A DNA stretch of 63,850 nt from Amoebophrya sp. A120 (taxonomy: Eukaryota; Protista; Dinoflagellata), in NCBI GenBank assembly GCA_905178155.1, contig CAJINV010000002.1, positions 7,098,893 through 7,162,742 on the forward strand, in the 5' to 3' direction. Below, one piece after another: positions 27,279-38,281 of this stretch (its first letter is position 1; every line of letters starts with the position of its first letter). Below the pieces are notes generated by a model, which was not told where the DNA came from, searched no databases, and was given only the letters and a program-made list of their open reading frames with translations. The position numbers and the translations under genes are program-made.

Positions 27279-29690
27279 ATGGAGCGTCAGTTCCGACGTG
27301 ACCGCGACGCTTTCGTCGCCCGCATCAAGGTCCAGTTTGCCGATATCCTCCGTGAGGAGCATGCGGAGAAGGCTCTGTTGCACCAGCGCATCGCCGAGTT
27401 GGAGCGTGACTTGTTGAAGGCCGCACAGCGGGTGCAGGAGTTGGAAGAAGTACGGGAAAAAAGGAAGGCAAATCTGGTCGTGGCCCCCGCGTCATCCACA
27501 TCCGGTTGTAATCCGAATCTTTCCGATGAAGCAAAAACTATTGCAGAAGATAGGAGACGAGGACATCTTCCAGCACGGGACCACCACAATGTCGTCGACG
27601 ACGAGTTGGATCATATCACCGTCCTTCCCGACCCAGACTTTGAAAGAAGACGACGGCGTCGCATGTTGGAAACAGCCTCCCTGCTCGCGCGAGCTGACCA
27701 CGCCGTCGACATTCTTCCTGTACTAGCGGGAACCGCTGATGTCAGTGCCCAGCATGTCGAGGACGCGCAGGAGCCGGACACCGCCGGCCCTCCTTCATCA
27801 GTACGGGCGGAAATAACGCAAAACCTGAAGGCGCTATCGTCTTCGGACGACGAGCCGGAGCGCTTGGAAGCTGTGCGCGAGGATGAGCTATCGTCAACAG
27901 CGACAGCAACGGACGACCGTAATGATCGACAACATGTGTTAGGAACCACAAACTCCAGCAGTCGCGCCAGTAAAAGTTCGAAGTCTACTAAGAAGTCTTC
28001 GACGTCCCAGCATTTTGTGCTCCGACGCCCGCCGGAAGAGCTCATGATATCAGTTCCCGGGTTTGACAGTAGTGATTACGAAGATCTGTCACCCACACAA
28101 CGGCACAAACTCGAGCAGTTGCGGAGACGGGAAGATGAGGGCGAGGTGGAAGACTCGTCTGAACTTGATGGATCTATGGCGCAGGCTCTGACTCGCAAAA
28201 GTGACTTGAACTTGGCCGAATCTGTGAAGAAGAAAAGAACCTATGGAGGCGCTAGAAGTGCCACCAGGGATGCAAACGGCAAAGCGAAAGGCTATCTACC
28301 ACGCGTCAAGCCGAAAGAGGGCGTTGGTGCAGCCAGTGACTCCAGTGAAGACGTCGGCGTCTCGTCGCCGGTCCTTTCTCCGCAGGCTTCTCGCGGGTTG
28401 AAACTTGAAGACAGTCCGGAACCAGGACGGTTTTCGGGCTCTATGAGTACGGTTCGTGACAAGAAGCAGAAGCAGCTGCCATTCAACATACCAGGACGTC
28501 ATGGAGCTGGATCGGCCTCAACTCGAGCGGGCGGACCACCCAAACCCAGGTCGACAAGACCCACGAAAAAAGCTGGCCACCTGCTTTCGGCAGGCGTGAC
28601 AGCGCAGCTGAAAACTAGTACACCGAATCCAATCGAAACCGTATTGGCAGGAAAAACTACTGGCCTCTCTGGTATGGCGAGACACACGGGGGCAACAGCA
28701 ACCAGACCAGACGAGACCAAGAAGCCTACCCGTCAAACCCAAACAAAAGCGCAAGCGGCTTTGCCAAGAAAACAAGGCCTCCCGGGCCCGACGGTGTCTT
28801 CAGCTAGCATGAGCTCCGCGACGCGGGAAAAATCTGCAGCGGTACTACCACTCGGATTTTCATTTGCAGCTTCGAAAGCAAGCAACACAACCACCGCAGC
28901 GACCACCGCCGTAGCTACTGATGTTTCCTCAACACCAGGCTCAAGTGCAAGACGAACTGCAACTACAGAACAGCTACGAGTGCAGCCACGGCCAGTCAGC
29001 ACGGAGGGCTGGTCAGCGGGGATGTTACCCAGCAAGATCAACGACGCTTCGAAAATCAAACTACAAGACCCGCTGGAAACGGCGGTGACCTGGCGCCAAG
29101 CTGTGGAAGCGGAACGGCAGCTGGAAGTGCAGAGTAAGTTCGGCTTCGTTCCGAGTCAGCGAAGCTTTCTTGCACAACAACGGCAGACGGACAACGATTT
29201 GATGCCAAATAAAGAGGACACCGCTGGAATTCCTCTGCATGTTCCTGCAGGAGGTGCGCAATCGCATCTGCCGACGCGAGACGAGGCAACAAGCGGCGCA
29301 GAGGACACCACGACGACGGGGACGTCGGCGAGCAGTCGTTTACTTCCCCCTCACAGCATCGATTTTGACTCGCAGTACAGCACGTTGCAAGCGACTGAAC
29401 TGTTGTTGTCAAAGATGAGCAGGGCTCCGAGCGGTGCAGCGGTCGGGTTTGGGACCACCACCTACAATCCGAGCTGGAATAGCGCAAGGGTGAAAGCATC
29501 CGGAGACAATAGCGGGTTGGGCAAAGAAGCAGCTGTAAGCGCAGCAACAGCTTCGTCCACGACCAGTAAACACAAAACCGCTACAACCGTGTTCCAAGAT
29601 CTAGATGAGCTTTCGCGCAGCCTGTCTTCTACGTTTCCAAGAAAAAGCGAAGAAGTTTTGTCCTCGCCAAGGTTCGGCTCTTTCTCCTAA
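27279..29690 (+). CDS. Hypothetical protein, N-terminal coiled coil and low-complexity tail
   Basis: Uninterrupted ORF of ~800 codons from ATG 27279 (MERQFRRDRDAF...RIAELERDL). Confidence 0.75.
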   Translation: MERQFRRDRDAFVARIKVQFADILREEHAEKALLHQRIAELERDLLKAAQRVQELEEVREKRKANLVVAPASSTSGCNPNLSDEAKTIAEDRRRGHLPARDHHNVVDDELDHITVLPDPDFERRRRRRMLETASLLARADHAVDILPVLAGTADVSAQHVEDAQEPDTAGPPSSVRAEITQNLKALSSSDDEPERLEAVREDELSSTATATDDRNDRQHVLGTTNSSSRASKSSKSTKKSSTSQHFVLRRPPEELMISVPGFDSSDYEDLSPTQRHKLEQLRRREDEGEVEDSSELDGSMAQALTRKSDLNLAESVKKKRTYGGARSATRDANGKAKGYLPRVKPKEGVGAASDSSEDVGVSSPVLSPQASRGLKLEDSPEPGRFSGSMSTVRDKKQKQLPFNIPGRHGAGSASTRAGGPPKPRSTRPTKKAGHLLSAGVTAQLKTSTPNPIETVLAGKTTGLSGMARHTGATATRPDETKKPTRQTQTKAQAALPRKQGLPGPTVSSASMSSATREKSAAVLPLGFSFAASKASNTTTAATTAVATDVSSTPGSSARRTATTEQLRVQPRPVSTEGWSAGMLPSKINDASKIKLQDPLETAVTWRQAVEAERQLEVQSKFGFVPSQRSFLAQQRQTDNDLMPNKEDTAGIPLHVPAGGAQSHLPTRDEATSGAEDTTTTGTSASSRLLPPHSIDFDSQYSTLQATELLLSKMSRAPSGAAVGFGTTTYNPSWNSARVKASGDNSGLGKEAAVSAATASSTTSKHKTATTVFQDLDELSRSLSSTFPRKSEEVLSSPRFGSFS

Positions 29691-29759
29691 CAAGGTTACA
29701 ACAACGTAGAAAGAACACGTTCCATCATGCAGCAGAAATATAGTGCCGCAAAAGAGAGT

Positions 29760-32700
29760 TGCACACACCTACAACTGGCTTATGCACTGCCACGCCCGTG
29801 ATCCCGCCATCTTTAAAAATGTCTCAGAAATGGCCTCGGGAATGTAAGGCGGAGGCAATTCCCACAACGCCGGCGCCCCTCATTGTGGTTGCAGGGAAGA
29901 GGGGCACGCAAGGCGTCGAGCCGGGCCATCGCAAAGCAGCTTCCTCGAGACGCGGCGCCCGCTGCCGTATTTGGCGCAGTTTTGTGGCGCGCAATGCGGG
30001 CCGCGGCTGGCGTTGACGTTCGGGCGCCGCCCGTTTGCCCCTTATCCCTTTGCCGGCCTCCCCTTGCATATATGGACGCGAAGTGCCGCAGCGCCACACT
30101 TGTGTCGGGCCTATCTGCGCCCGCTTTCGTTTTGTCGCAGGCGCGCCGGCGTCTTGTCCGCAGCCCGGTTCGAAGCATTGCAGGCGCCCCGTCTGCCCCT
30201 GCATTTCCGCCGCCCCGGCGGTTCAGTGCCTGCTCTGACAGGTTGGGACCTTCAGCGGGACTGCCTCTGTAAGAAGGCAGTGTGCTGGCCTTGCCGCTGT
30301 TCCTTTCTTTGTTTCTGTGGCAGCCAGGCACGGGCCCGGCCTTGCTTTCTGCGCGGCGGACTGCTATTCTGGCCCTCCTCCCTTGTGGGCGGCAGGCACG
30401 GCCGGCCTCACCCGGGAGGGCAAGCAACCAACTGCCGGCCTCCCATTGATTGGTTGGCCGCCTGCCGGCGCCGCTTGGCCACAGCCGGGCGCCTCGTCAG
30501 CCCATTGTCGTGGCGCATTGCTTTCGCACGCGCAGGCGCGCCCCTTGGCGCGAGGGGGATGCTGCCCTGCTTCTCTAGATCACAGGGCCACCGTGTCACG
30601 CGCGTGACACGGGCGGACCCGGCTTCGTTCTTTCTCGTCTCTTGCTGGTCTTGGGTGGTTTGGTGGCAAGCAGAATTGCTTCAGTCAGTTTCCCTCCACT
30701 TCTACCGCCAAAGCCCAGGGGACTGCCGCGTGTGTGTGTCTATGATTGGCATCCAAGGCAGTCTTGGACCTCACCTGGGGCGAAGGCCTGCCTCAGCCCG
30801 CGAGCCCTTCCTGGCTTCTGCCAGCCGGACCGGCCGCCGGCCGACAGCCAGGCAGGCGCCCCCGCGCGGGCCGTGTTGGCCTTGCTTGGATGCAAGTGCC
30901 GGCGAAGGCGTTGCAGCGGCTTCTAGGCAAAGCCGAAACGTATGAAGTTAATGGGGCTGCTGAACTCACTGGCGCAGCCACTGGCGCCATGTGTGGCGCC
31001 GCTCCTCTCCCTCGGCACGACTTAGGCACTCCTTCACCAACGAGGGCGGCGGCCAGCAGCCGGATGAAGCAGCAGCCGCCGGAGTTCGCGAGCGCGGCCC
31101 CAAGACCCAGAGTCCGACGATGATGAGCGCTGAGGAGCTTCAGCGCCCCGACTACAGCTGGCCCTTTGTGGATATTGCGTAGAACAAAACTCTATTTGGC
31201 TTGTGGAGGCCACATGTTGTAAGCTATTTGGCTTGTGGAGGCCACATGTTGTGAATCAGAATCAGAAGCGTCGCGAATGAGAATCAGAATCGTGGTGAAT
31301 CTGAATCGGGCTACGGTAGTAAAAAGACCGCGAACGAAGCGAAAAAAATTGAAAGGACCGGGCCAAGAAAGTAGGCAAAAAAAAAGGCCAAAGCGAAGCC
31401 ACACGCGCTGCCGGGTGCCGCATTTCTGTAAAGGGAGGAAAAATGCCGAGGCCTTCGCATTTTTTTCTTTGGGGAAAAAACCTGAGAGCGTTTGCATTTT
31501 TTTCCTTCAGGGAAAAACCTAAAAAAGTTCGCGCGAGTTTCTATAACAAAAAAACCAAAAAAGCTGCGCGCGATTTTCTACTACAAAAAAACCAAAAAAG
31601 TTGCGCGCGATTTTCTTTTACAAAAAAACCCAAAAAAGTTGCGCGGGAATCCCCCCTCGAAAAAAACCAAAACCGAAGACGGGCCATTTTACCTGCCTTT
31701 CCCCGATGGTATGAGGCCGATCAGGCCGGCGATTTTTCACATTTCTGGCCTTTAGAAAATCGCGCGCACCTTTTTGGGTTTTTTTGTAATAGAAAATCGC
31801 GCGCAACTTTTTTGGTTTTTTTGTAGTAGAAAATCGCGCGCAGCTTTTTTGGTTTTTTTGTTATAGAAAATCGCGCGAACTTTTTTAGGTTTTTCCCTGA
31901 AGGAAAAAAATGCAAACGCTTTCAGGTTTTTTCCTGAAGGAGAAAAATGCAACAGCCGCGACATTTTTTCCCCAATAGCAGAAATGGCGCCACGATTTTC
32001 CGCGTTTCGGCTTTTTCTGGTGTTGCTTTTTCGCGGGTTACGCAGTGCCCTTGCTGGTTTTTTTTTTGCTTTTCAGGATGCCCCTCATTCGTCTTATATA
32101 TTCGGCAAGAATTGCCGCGCGGATCAAGTTCATAACGATCGCCACAGCGACCCGAGAGTGAGGGAACCGATGGCAAATCCGTCCGAGATTGATTCGATCG
32201 ATCTCGGGCGCGGGCCGTTGCGCCGTGGCGAACGAGTCCGACCCTGTGAAAAAGATGCCTTTGCGTGAAGGCTGCAAAGGGTCAAAATTTCCGCGAAACT
32301 GCGAAGAAGATCCGCGGCGCGGCAGTATTGCCGTCTTTTCCGGTGTTATGTTGCAAGGCCGCGGCATCTCCAGAGCAGTTGCGGAGTGATCTACAGAGCA
32401 GGCCCAGAGCGCTCCTCGCGCTTTTGATGTCTCGGGTGGATGTCCTGCAGAGCACGCCCAGGCCGATTGCTAAGACTGGGCACGTGAATACTGTCGGCCG
32501 GTCCGACGGAGGGGGGCCGGAATGGGCGGCCGGCGCTTCGGGCAGTTCTTCGGGATTTGGGCGCGGCCAGTGAGCACGCAGCGAACAAAGGGGCGAAGAA
32601 CTGTGGCGGGCGGAGGGTCCGGCGCAAGATTGTGCAGGTTTTTGCGGGTAAAGAGTAGGGCTTTGGAAGCCCGGCCGGCCCGGCCGCCGGGCTCAGGATG

Positions 32701-33660
32701 TTTGTAGAAGCTTCGCGTGCCGCAGCTGTCGCGTGCGACCTTGGCCGGCGACACCTACCGCACTGCGTTGATGGTAGGCGGCCCGGTGTGTGCCTTTGCA
32801 GGGGCAGGCCGCTGGCCCGGCGCGCTACCTAGCTGGGCACCCAGGGCAAGGCCGCCGATTGGGGGATCTTGGGAGGGTTGGGCCCGGTTTTTCTTTCTTC
32901 AGGAAAATCGTATTGGGGGGAAGAAGCCAGGGCCCCTCTCGGTTTTCCCCAAGGAAACCTGCTTGGCGTGTTTCTTACAAGCGCACAAGCAAAGGTGCGC
33001 CGGCGCGCTGGTTTGTATTTTCGCAGAAAGAAACTAGGAAACACGGCCCGCGCAACAGACGCAGGCCGCGGCGCGTGCTCGGACGGGCGGGCCGCACTGT
33101 GTGGGCCGCGCGCTCGCATGCGCGCCCTGTCAGCCGGCCACCAGCCGTCGCACGGATTGCCAGCCGGCCACCAGCTTTGCGCGCTGGGCGACCACCTTTG
33201 TCCTAACCAGCGCACAACACCCTCCGAGGGGCGCTCCCCGTTTTTCCGAACCGTGGCGCCATCGTGTCACGCGTGTGACGCGAGCGGCATGCGCTTCAGT
33301 TTTGCAGCGTGGTGGCGTAGGGCGCGCGCCCCGGGGGTTCGCCGGGTCTGTGGTTTTGGGTCTATATCTATTGCCCGCGCCCAATCTTCGCGCCGGCCGG
33401 CGGTCCGCCAACCCAATGTAGGTCGTCCAGGACGGCGCAGATAATTCCCGTGGCCCGTCATTCCGTTGCTATGGCGTGCCCATCGTGTCGCGCGTCAGTG
33501 ATGTGCGACGTATAAAAGCGACCACGGCGATGACTCCGATGCGCGGCGATATATGCAAAGTCGGGACATTTCTGAGCAGATTCCTGGAGCATTCCTGAGG
33601 CATTTCCAGACCCCCTCTGATCACGGGCGGTCCGTGCGTAACTGGCGTTGCTTTGTGTAA
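29760..33660. mobile_element. Putative ~3.9 kb TIR-bounded GC-rich element
   Basis: Imperfect ~85-bp inverted ends, including perfect CGCCCGTGATC (29793-803) / GATCACGGGCG (33619-29) and inverted CTCAGRAATG subrepeats (29812-45 / 33566-610). No credible ORF. Confidence 0.55.
31458..31950. repeat. Foldback: ~190-bp inverted arms built from ~35-bp tandem subunits
   Basis: Left arm units AAAAAAGTTGCGCGCGATTTTCTACTACAAAAAAACC (31458-~31646) are mirrored at ~31763-31950 around a ~110-bp spacer. Confidence 0.92.
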
Positions 33661-34262
33661 GATTTGCAGTTGTTAGCCTGTTTCATCAGTGACGTGGCCG
33701 AGTAGCTGTAGTTGCTGTCCTTGTGGATGAAAGAACGAATTTTGCAAATGAACTGCAACTCCTGACTCACCCATATGCACCTCTGGAAATACTCGTTTTC
33801 TCCTGGTGGAGAGAAGTTGTATCCGAGTAGCTGAAAGCTCTCAACAACCTTCTCGAAGCGAAATGGTGTTCCGGTGGAAGACAAATGTGTAGGATATTAG
33901 CAAATCAAACAGTCACAGATCGACAACACAGACACACCCAGACGCTGAGATTTTTGAGTCGTGTGCTCATATTGAATCCTGCACTTGTGTTCCGGTGTGA
34001 AGATTGAACCTAAAAATCTGTACTGCAACAAACTCTCAAATACCAGCGACCGCCAACAGTCATTTTTCACAAAGTTTGCTTTGGATGGTGCACAAACATC
34101 TCTCATCGTCATCAACAAACGAGAGCAACATTTGAACTTATCTTTTTCATCCGGCCGCAAGGCCTTCATCTTCAAATTCCAAACCTGGCCTGAAAAGCGT
34201 TTTCTGTAATATCCGTCCTCCGATCATCTCTAGCTCCACTTCAAACCCAGCGACAAATCAGA

Positions 34263-35963
34263 ATGGACGCCGCCAACCGTCAAGTGTATTGGGAGAAGCA
34301 GGGCAAGGACAAGCTGTGCGCGGTCCACACGCTGAACGCCCTGATGCAACAGCCGGCGTTTGACGAGTTTACGCTCGGCGCCATTGCCCAGCAGCTCGAC
34401 GCGGAGGAGTCGAGGATAATGGGCGGCCCCTCCATCCCCGGTGGAGAGAGTCACAACGTGGACGCGGACGGAAATTTTTCCCTGCCGGTGATGGAGCGCG
34501 CGCTGAATCAGTACGACATCACGCTGGTGAACCTCGACCGGCCCGACGTGCGATCCAAAATCATGTCCACCCAAGACGGTGCGTACCGTGAGGAAGCGTA
34601 CGTGTGCAACTCGCACCGGCGGGCGCACTGGTTCTGCTTGCGAAAGGTGTTCTCCAAGTGGTACGATTTTGACTCCTTGAAGCCGGCGCCGACGTTTATC
34701 TCGGACTCGCACCTGAATTCCTTCTTGGAATCAACCATGAGCGCGGGCTTCACGGTGTTCGTCGTGCGACCACGTACTACATTGTCTTCATGGGTTTGAT
34801 ATTTTTGACTTTGATCATTTATTATCCTACTTTCGCTTTCCGGCGTCATCTGAATGTCTATATGCCACAGCTTTATTCGTACTTCAATGGCAACTGTGTT
34901 CTTGCATTCCCTCATGGTGATCGATCGTTGTGTGGTAATTGTAATGCAGTGAAGATGCATTCCCCCTTAGAGTTAGAGTCAGACGAAATACGCAAAACAT
35001 ATCAGCCCAAAACTCCGCCAAGTCCAGCGTTACGCTTCCACCGCCGGACAAGTTTCTCCATCGCAATCTTGCGGGGCATCAGCACTTCCTGAATGATCGG
35101 GACATGGACAGGCTGCGAGATGAGCACCGTGCAACGGAAGACAAGGAAATGAAGGACGCACAGAAACTAGGCGAGGGTGGCGGAGATGGAGAGGATGGGT
35201 AAGAAGTACTTGAAAGCTGTGAGTTGATATGCAGAAGTCGAAGTTTTTATTTTTTTCGGCGGTTCCCAGACGTTCCTCTTCGTCCTGCATAGTAGAGAGC
35301 ATTTCCATTTAGTCTTCTAGTTCTAACATGACATCACTGACGTCGCAAAAATCCACCAATCTCTCCCACGACCTCCATCGAAACTACAACAGCGACGGCA
35401 AACCTGCCTTCACCATGGTGGTCCCCTCCGACAAGCGAAAAGTCGAGACCGACTGGAGCAAGCTTGGCGCCGGCAACACGCTTTCCGGCGGTGGTGCTTC
35501 CCAGTCCTCGCAGCCAATAGCGGTCGATGACCCGGAGATGGACGCCGATATGCGGGCCGCCATAGCAGCCTCGCTCGCAGACGTGAAGGTGCCGGAACCG
35601 CAGCAGGAGCCGGACCAGGCCAACGCGGACGCGATAACGATCCAGTTCCGCTTCAAGTCGGATCCGGCACAGAAGCGACGCTTTTTGAAATCCAACAGCA
35701 AGATTCTGGACGTGGTGCAGTACTTGGAACACGCGACAACGCAGCAAAATTTGTTTCCAACCTTGTCAGCAAATCCTGCGATGTCGCTCATTGGCTTGGA
35801 GCGCTACGCGGTAATAAAGCAGGGCTTTCCGAAGAAGGAAAAGTTCGTGCGGTGTAATTTGTCGAAGAGGGTGTACCTCGACGGAGAAGACGTCACAGAT
35901 GCAAGTCTCTTGGACCGGAAATTCGAGAAGCAGGAAGCCATGATTCTGCAGCTGGAAGCTTAA
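34263..35963 (+). CDS. Ataxin-3-like Josephin deubiquitinase with UIM and a C-terminal UBX-like domain (3 exons)
   Basis: YWEKQ..LCAVHTLNALMQ, GNFS, HWFCLRK, WYDFDSL; UIM DADMRAAIAASL; UBX-like ITIQFRF..KRRF. GT-AG introns 34774-35005 and 35199-35392 are frame-consistent. Confidence 0.9.
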
Positions 35964-38281
35964 GTCCTTCGAGAATCTTGTTCTGCCCAGCATATTCTTT
36001 CGCCGAGATGAAATGAGATACCCACCACGCCATCGAGATCGACTTGCAGTAGGGTAGCCAAAAACCCCCCTTTATCAGAAGATAGTGACTACCCCGTCCC
36101 CGGCCGCGCTCCCGGTCATGATATTTTTTGAAAAAATACCCACATCTCCCAACATGGCTGCGGGTCCTCCGGCGCACTTCTTGAGTGCTTAGCTTAGCTC
36201 GACATGAATGGAGTTGGCGACCGCACGCATTTCGATATTCGAAAGACATAAAAAGCGACACGATCATGCAGAACTTCGGAAGCTTTTCCTAAACACGCCA
36301 GCCAGAGTGCTGCGCACCAGTCTTTTGCTTATGCTTTCTTCGTGTTCATCGACTTCAATGCGTCATCTTCTTCGCTGCCCTAGTTTCCTTTTGGGCGAAA
36401 CACGAGAAGTTGAAGTACCATACATGCTCCTGATTGCTTTCCGCAATGGATCGAGCAGTGTCGCCGCCCGGAAGAAGTAAAACTAAAATTTAAGTAGTAT
36501 ACTAATACTTCTATTAGATAGAAGCTAGTAGTATACTAGACTTCAGTTTTTGGAACTATTCGAGGCCGATCTATATTAAGTGACATTTTAAAGGGGAAAC
36601 CAAATGTGATGAAGAGGCGCTGAGAATAAGGCGCCAAAGTTCGACTTCGAGCAACGAAGTGGTTTATTCGTGAGTAATGGCAACAAAAAGTAATGGCAAC
36701 AAAAAGTAGATCGTTGTTCTTCGTCGTTGTTCTTCGTCGTTGTTGAGAACGGATACTACTTGAAATCCAACCAAAAACCGTGGGGGCGAGGGCCTCGTGA
36801 GGGTCCCTGGATGCTGCAGGTTGGCCATAGCGAGCCTAATGACCCCGGTGAGCCTCGTCCCTTTAGGAACCACATACGTCGGTCAAAAATACAAGAAAGA
36901 AAATAGTGGCGTCGTCCCCCTCACTGACAGCGCCGCCGCAGCACGGGTAACCGCGTAGCCTCGTCGTGGAGTTAGATAGAAGGCCGCGGATAGCAAAAAC
37001 TATAGTAAGAGTAAAAAAGAAAGTAAAGAAACCGGGCCAATAGATAATAGAGAGATAGCGCATAGATTAGCTTATACACTCCACCCGCGCCCGCCGTGGT
37101 CGTGACCTTCGTGCCGTGATCGAGCGACGCGACAAGGGCCTGCGTTTTTCTTAGGGACGAGGGCGCAGGACATGTCAGTGAGAGGAACCCGCGGGCTTGT
37201 CCTTATCGATCTTTTGTCGTTCCCCTGGTTATTCCTTTGATTCCACCCATGCTATCTTTCTTTGTGCATCAGCACAGCCAGCGTGCTCGAGAACAGCGCC
37301 CCCCTTAACGACGTCGGATGTGGACGCGCCTACACGCGCGACAGAAGGACTTCCGCCAACGACGGGGGAGGGTCAGCCGAGGATCGACGACGGGGGAGCT
37401 TTCTGTACTACGTCGGAGCGGGCGACGTTTTTATAATATCATCATGCTGCACTACTTCACTTCGACGCTGGAGGGATTGGGAGTCCTCCACTGCGGGCTT
37501 CAGCCTACAGGTAACTCTGTTGCTTCGCCCTCACAACCATTCGACACAGTAGTGGCTCACTTCTTCTCGACGAACAGGCGTGGTGTCTGGGCACTCTGGC
37601 AACGGGCTTCGGTCTCGACCCTGTTGTGTGCCAGCGCTACAACTCCAAACTTTGCGCCCCGAGCCATCTGAGTGGTTTGACACGCATCGCGGTGTAGTAG
37701 CTAGTATGTTGCGTTGTCTCTCCATCGGAAATTACGACATCAAGTGAAGACGCACAGCAAGCGGACACAACTACTGCCGCGGATCCAGCGAGCCACTACA
37801 ATCAAGCGGCCTGCGACACCATGGGGGCGTTTGCAGTACAGACCGGCAGTTGGGCTTTGAGCAAGGACCGAGGAAGACAGCGCCCTAGTGGTTTACAGAT
37901 CTGCGGTTTTGCTTGGCTAGTCAACTGCGAAAACATGTCCTATGGTTAGCTTAAAAGAGAGAATAGCTTAGTAGTTAGAAGCTGACTGTTGTAGTGGTTT
38001 CCTTCTCCTCCTCCTATTAGATAGAAGTAGAAGGTCTCTTTCTCTACGCCACCTTCGAAACTCATAGTCATAGACTTCTCTTTGGCCCTGTGTCCGGAAT
38101 CCCCAGAGCTGTGCGCAGCTCGTAATCTCCAGAGCTCCACCAAAGCTGAATCCGCGGCCGCGAGTGAAAAAGCTCAGGCGGAGAAGATCATAGGATCTTC
38201 ACGAGTTCTTGGATAGTGAGCCGGTTTGGGTTTCGTTTCTTCCCCATTTTTTAGTGCTGTCCCCTCGACGGCGCCAGCATC

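Noticed and set aside
23056-33461. Many overlapping ORFs in the GC-rich blocks (except 27279-29690)
   Set aside because: R/G/P/A-rich in all six frames, as expected from stop-codon scarcity, with no domain motifs.
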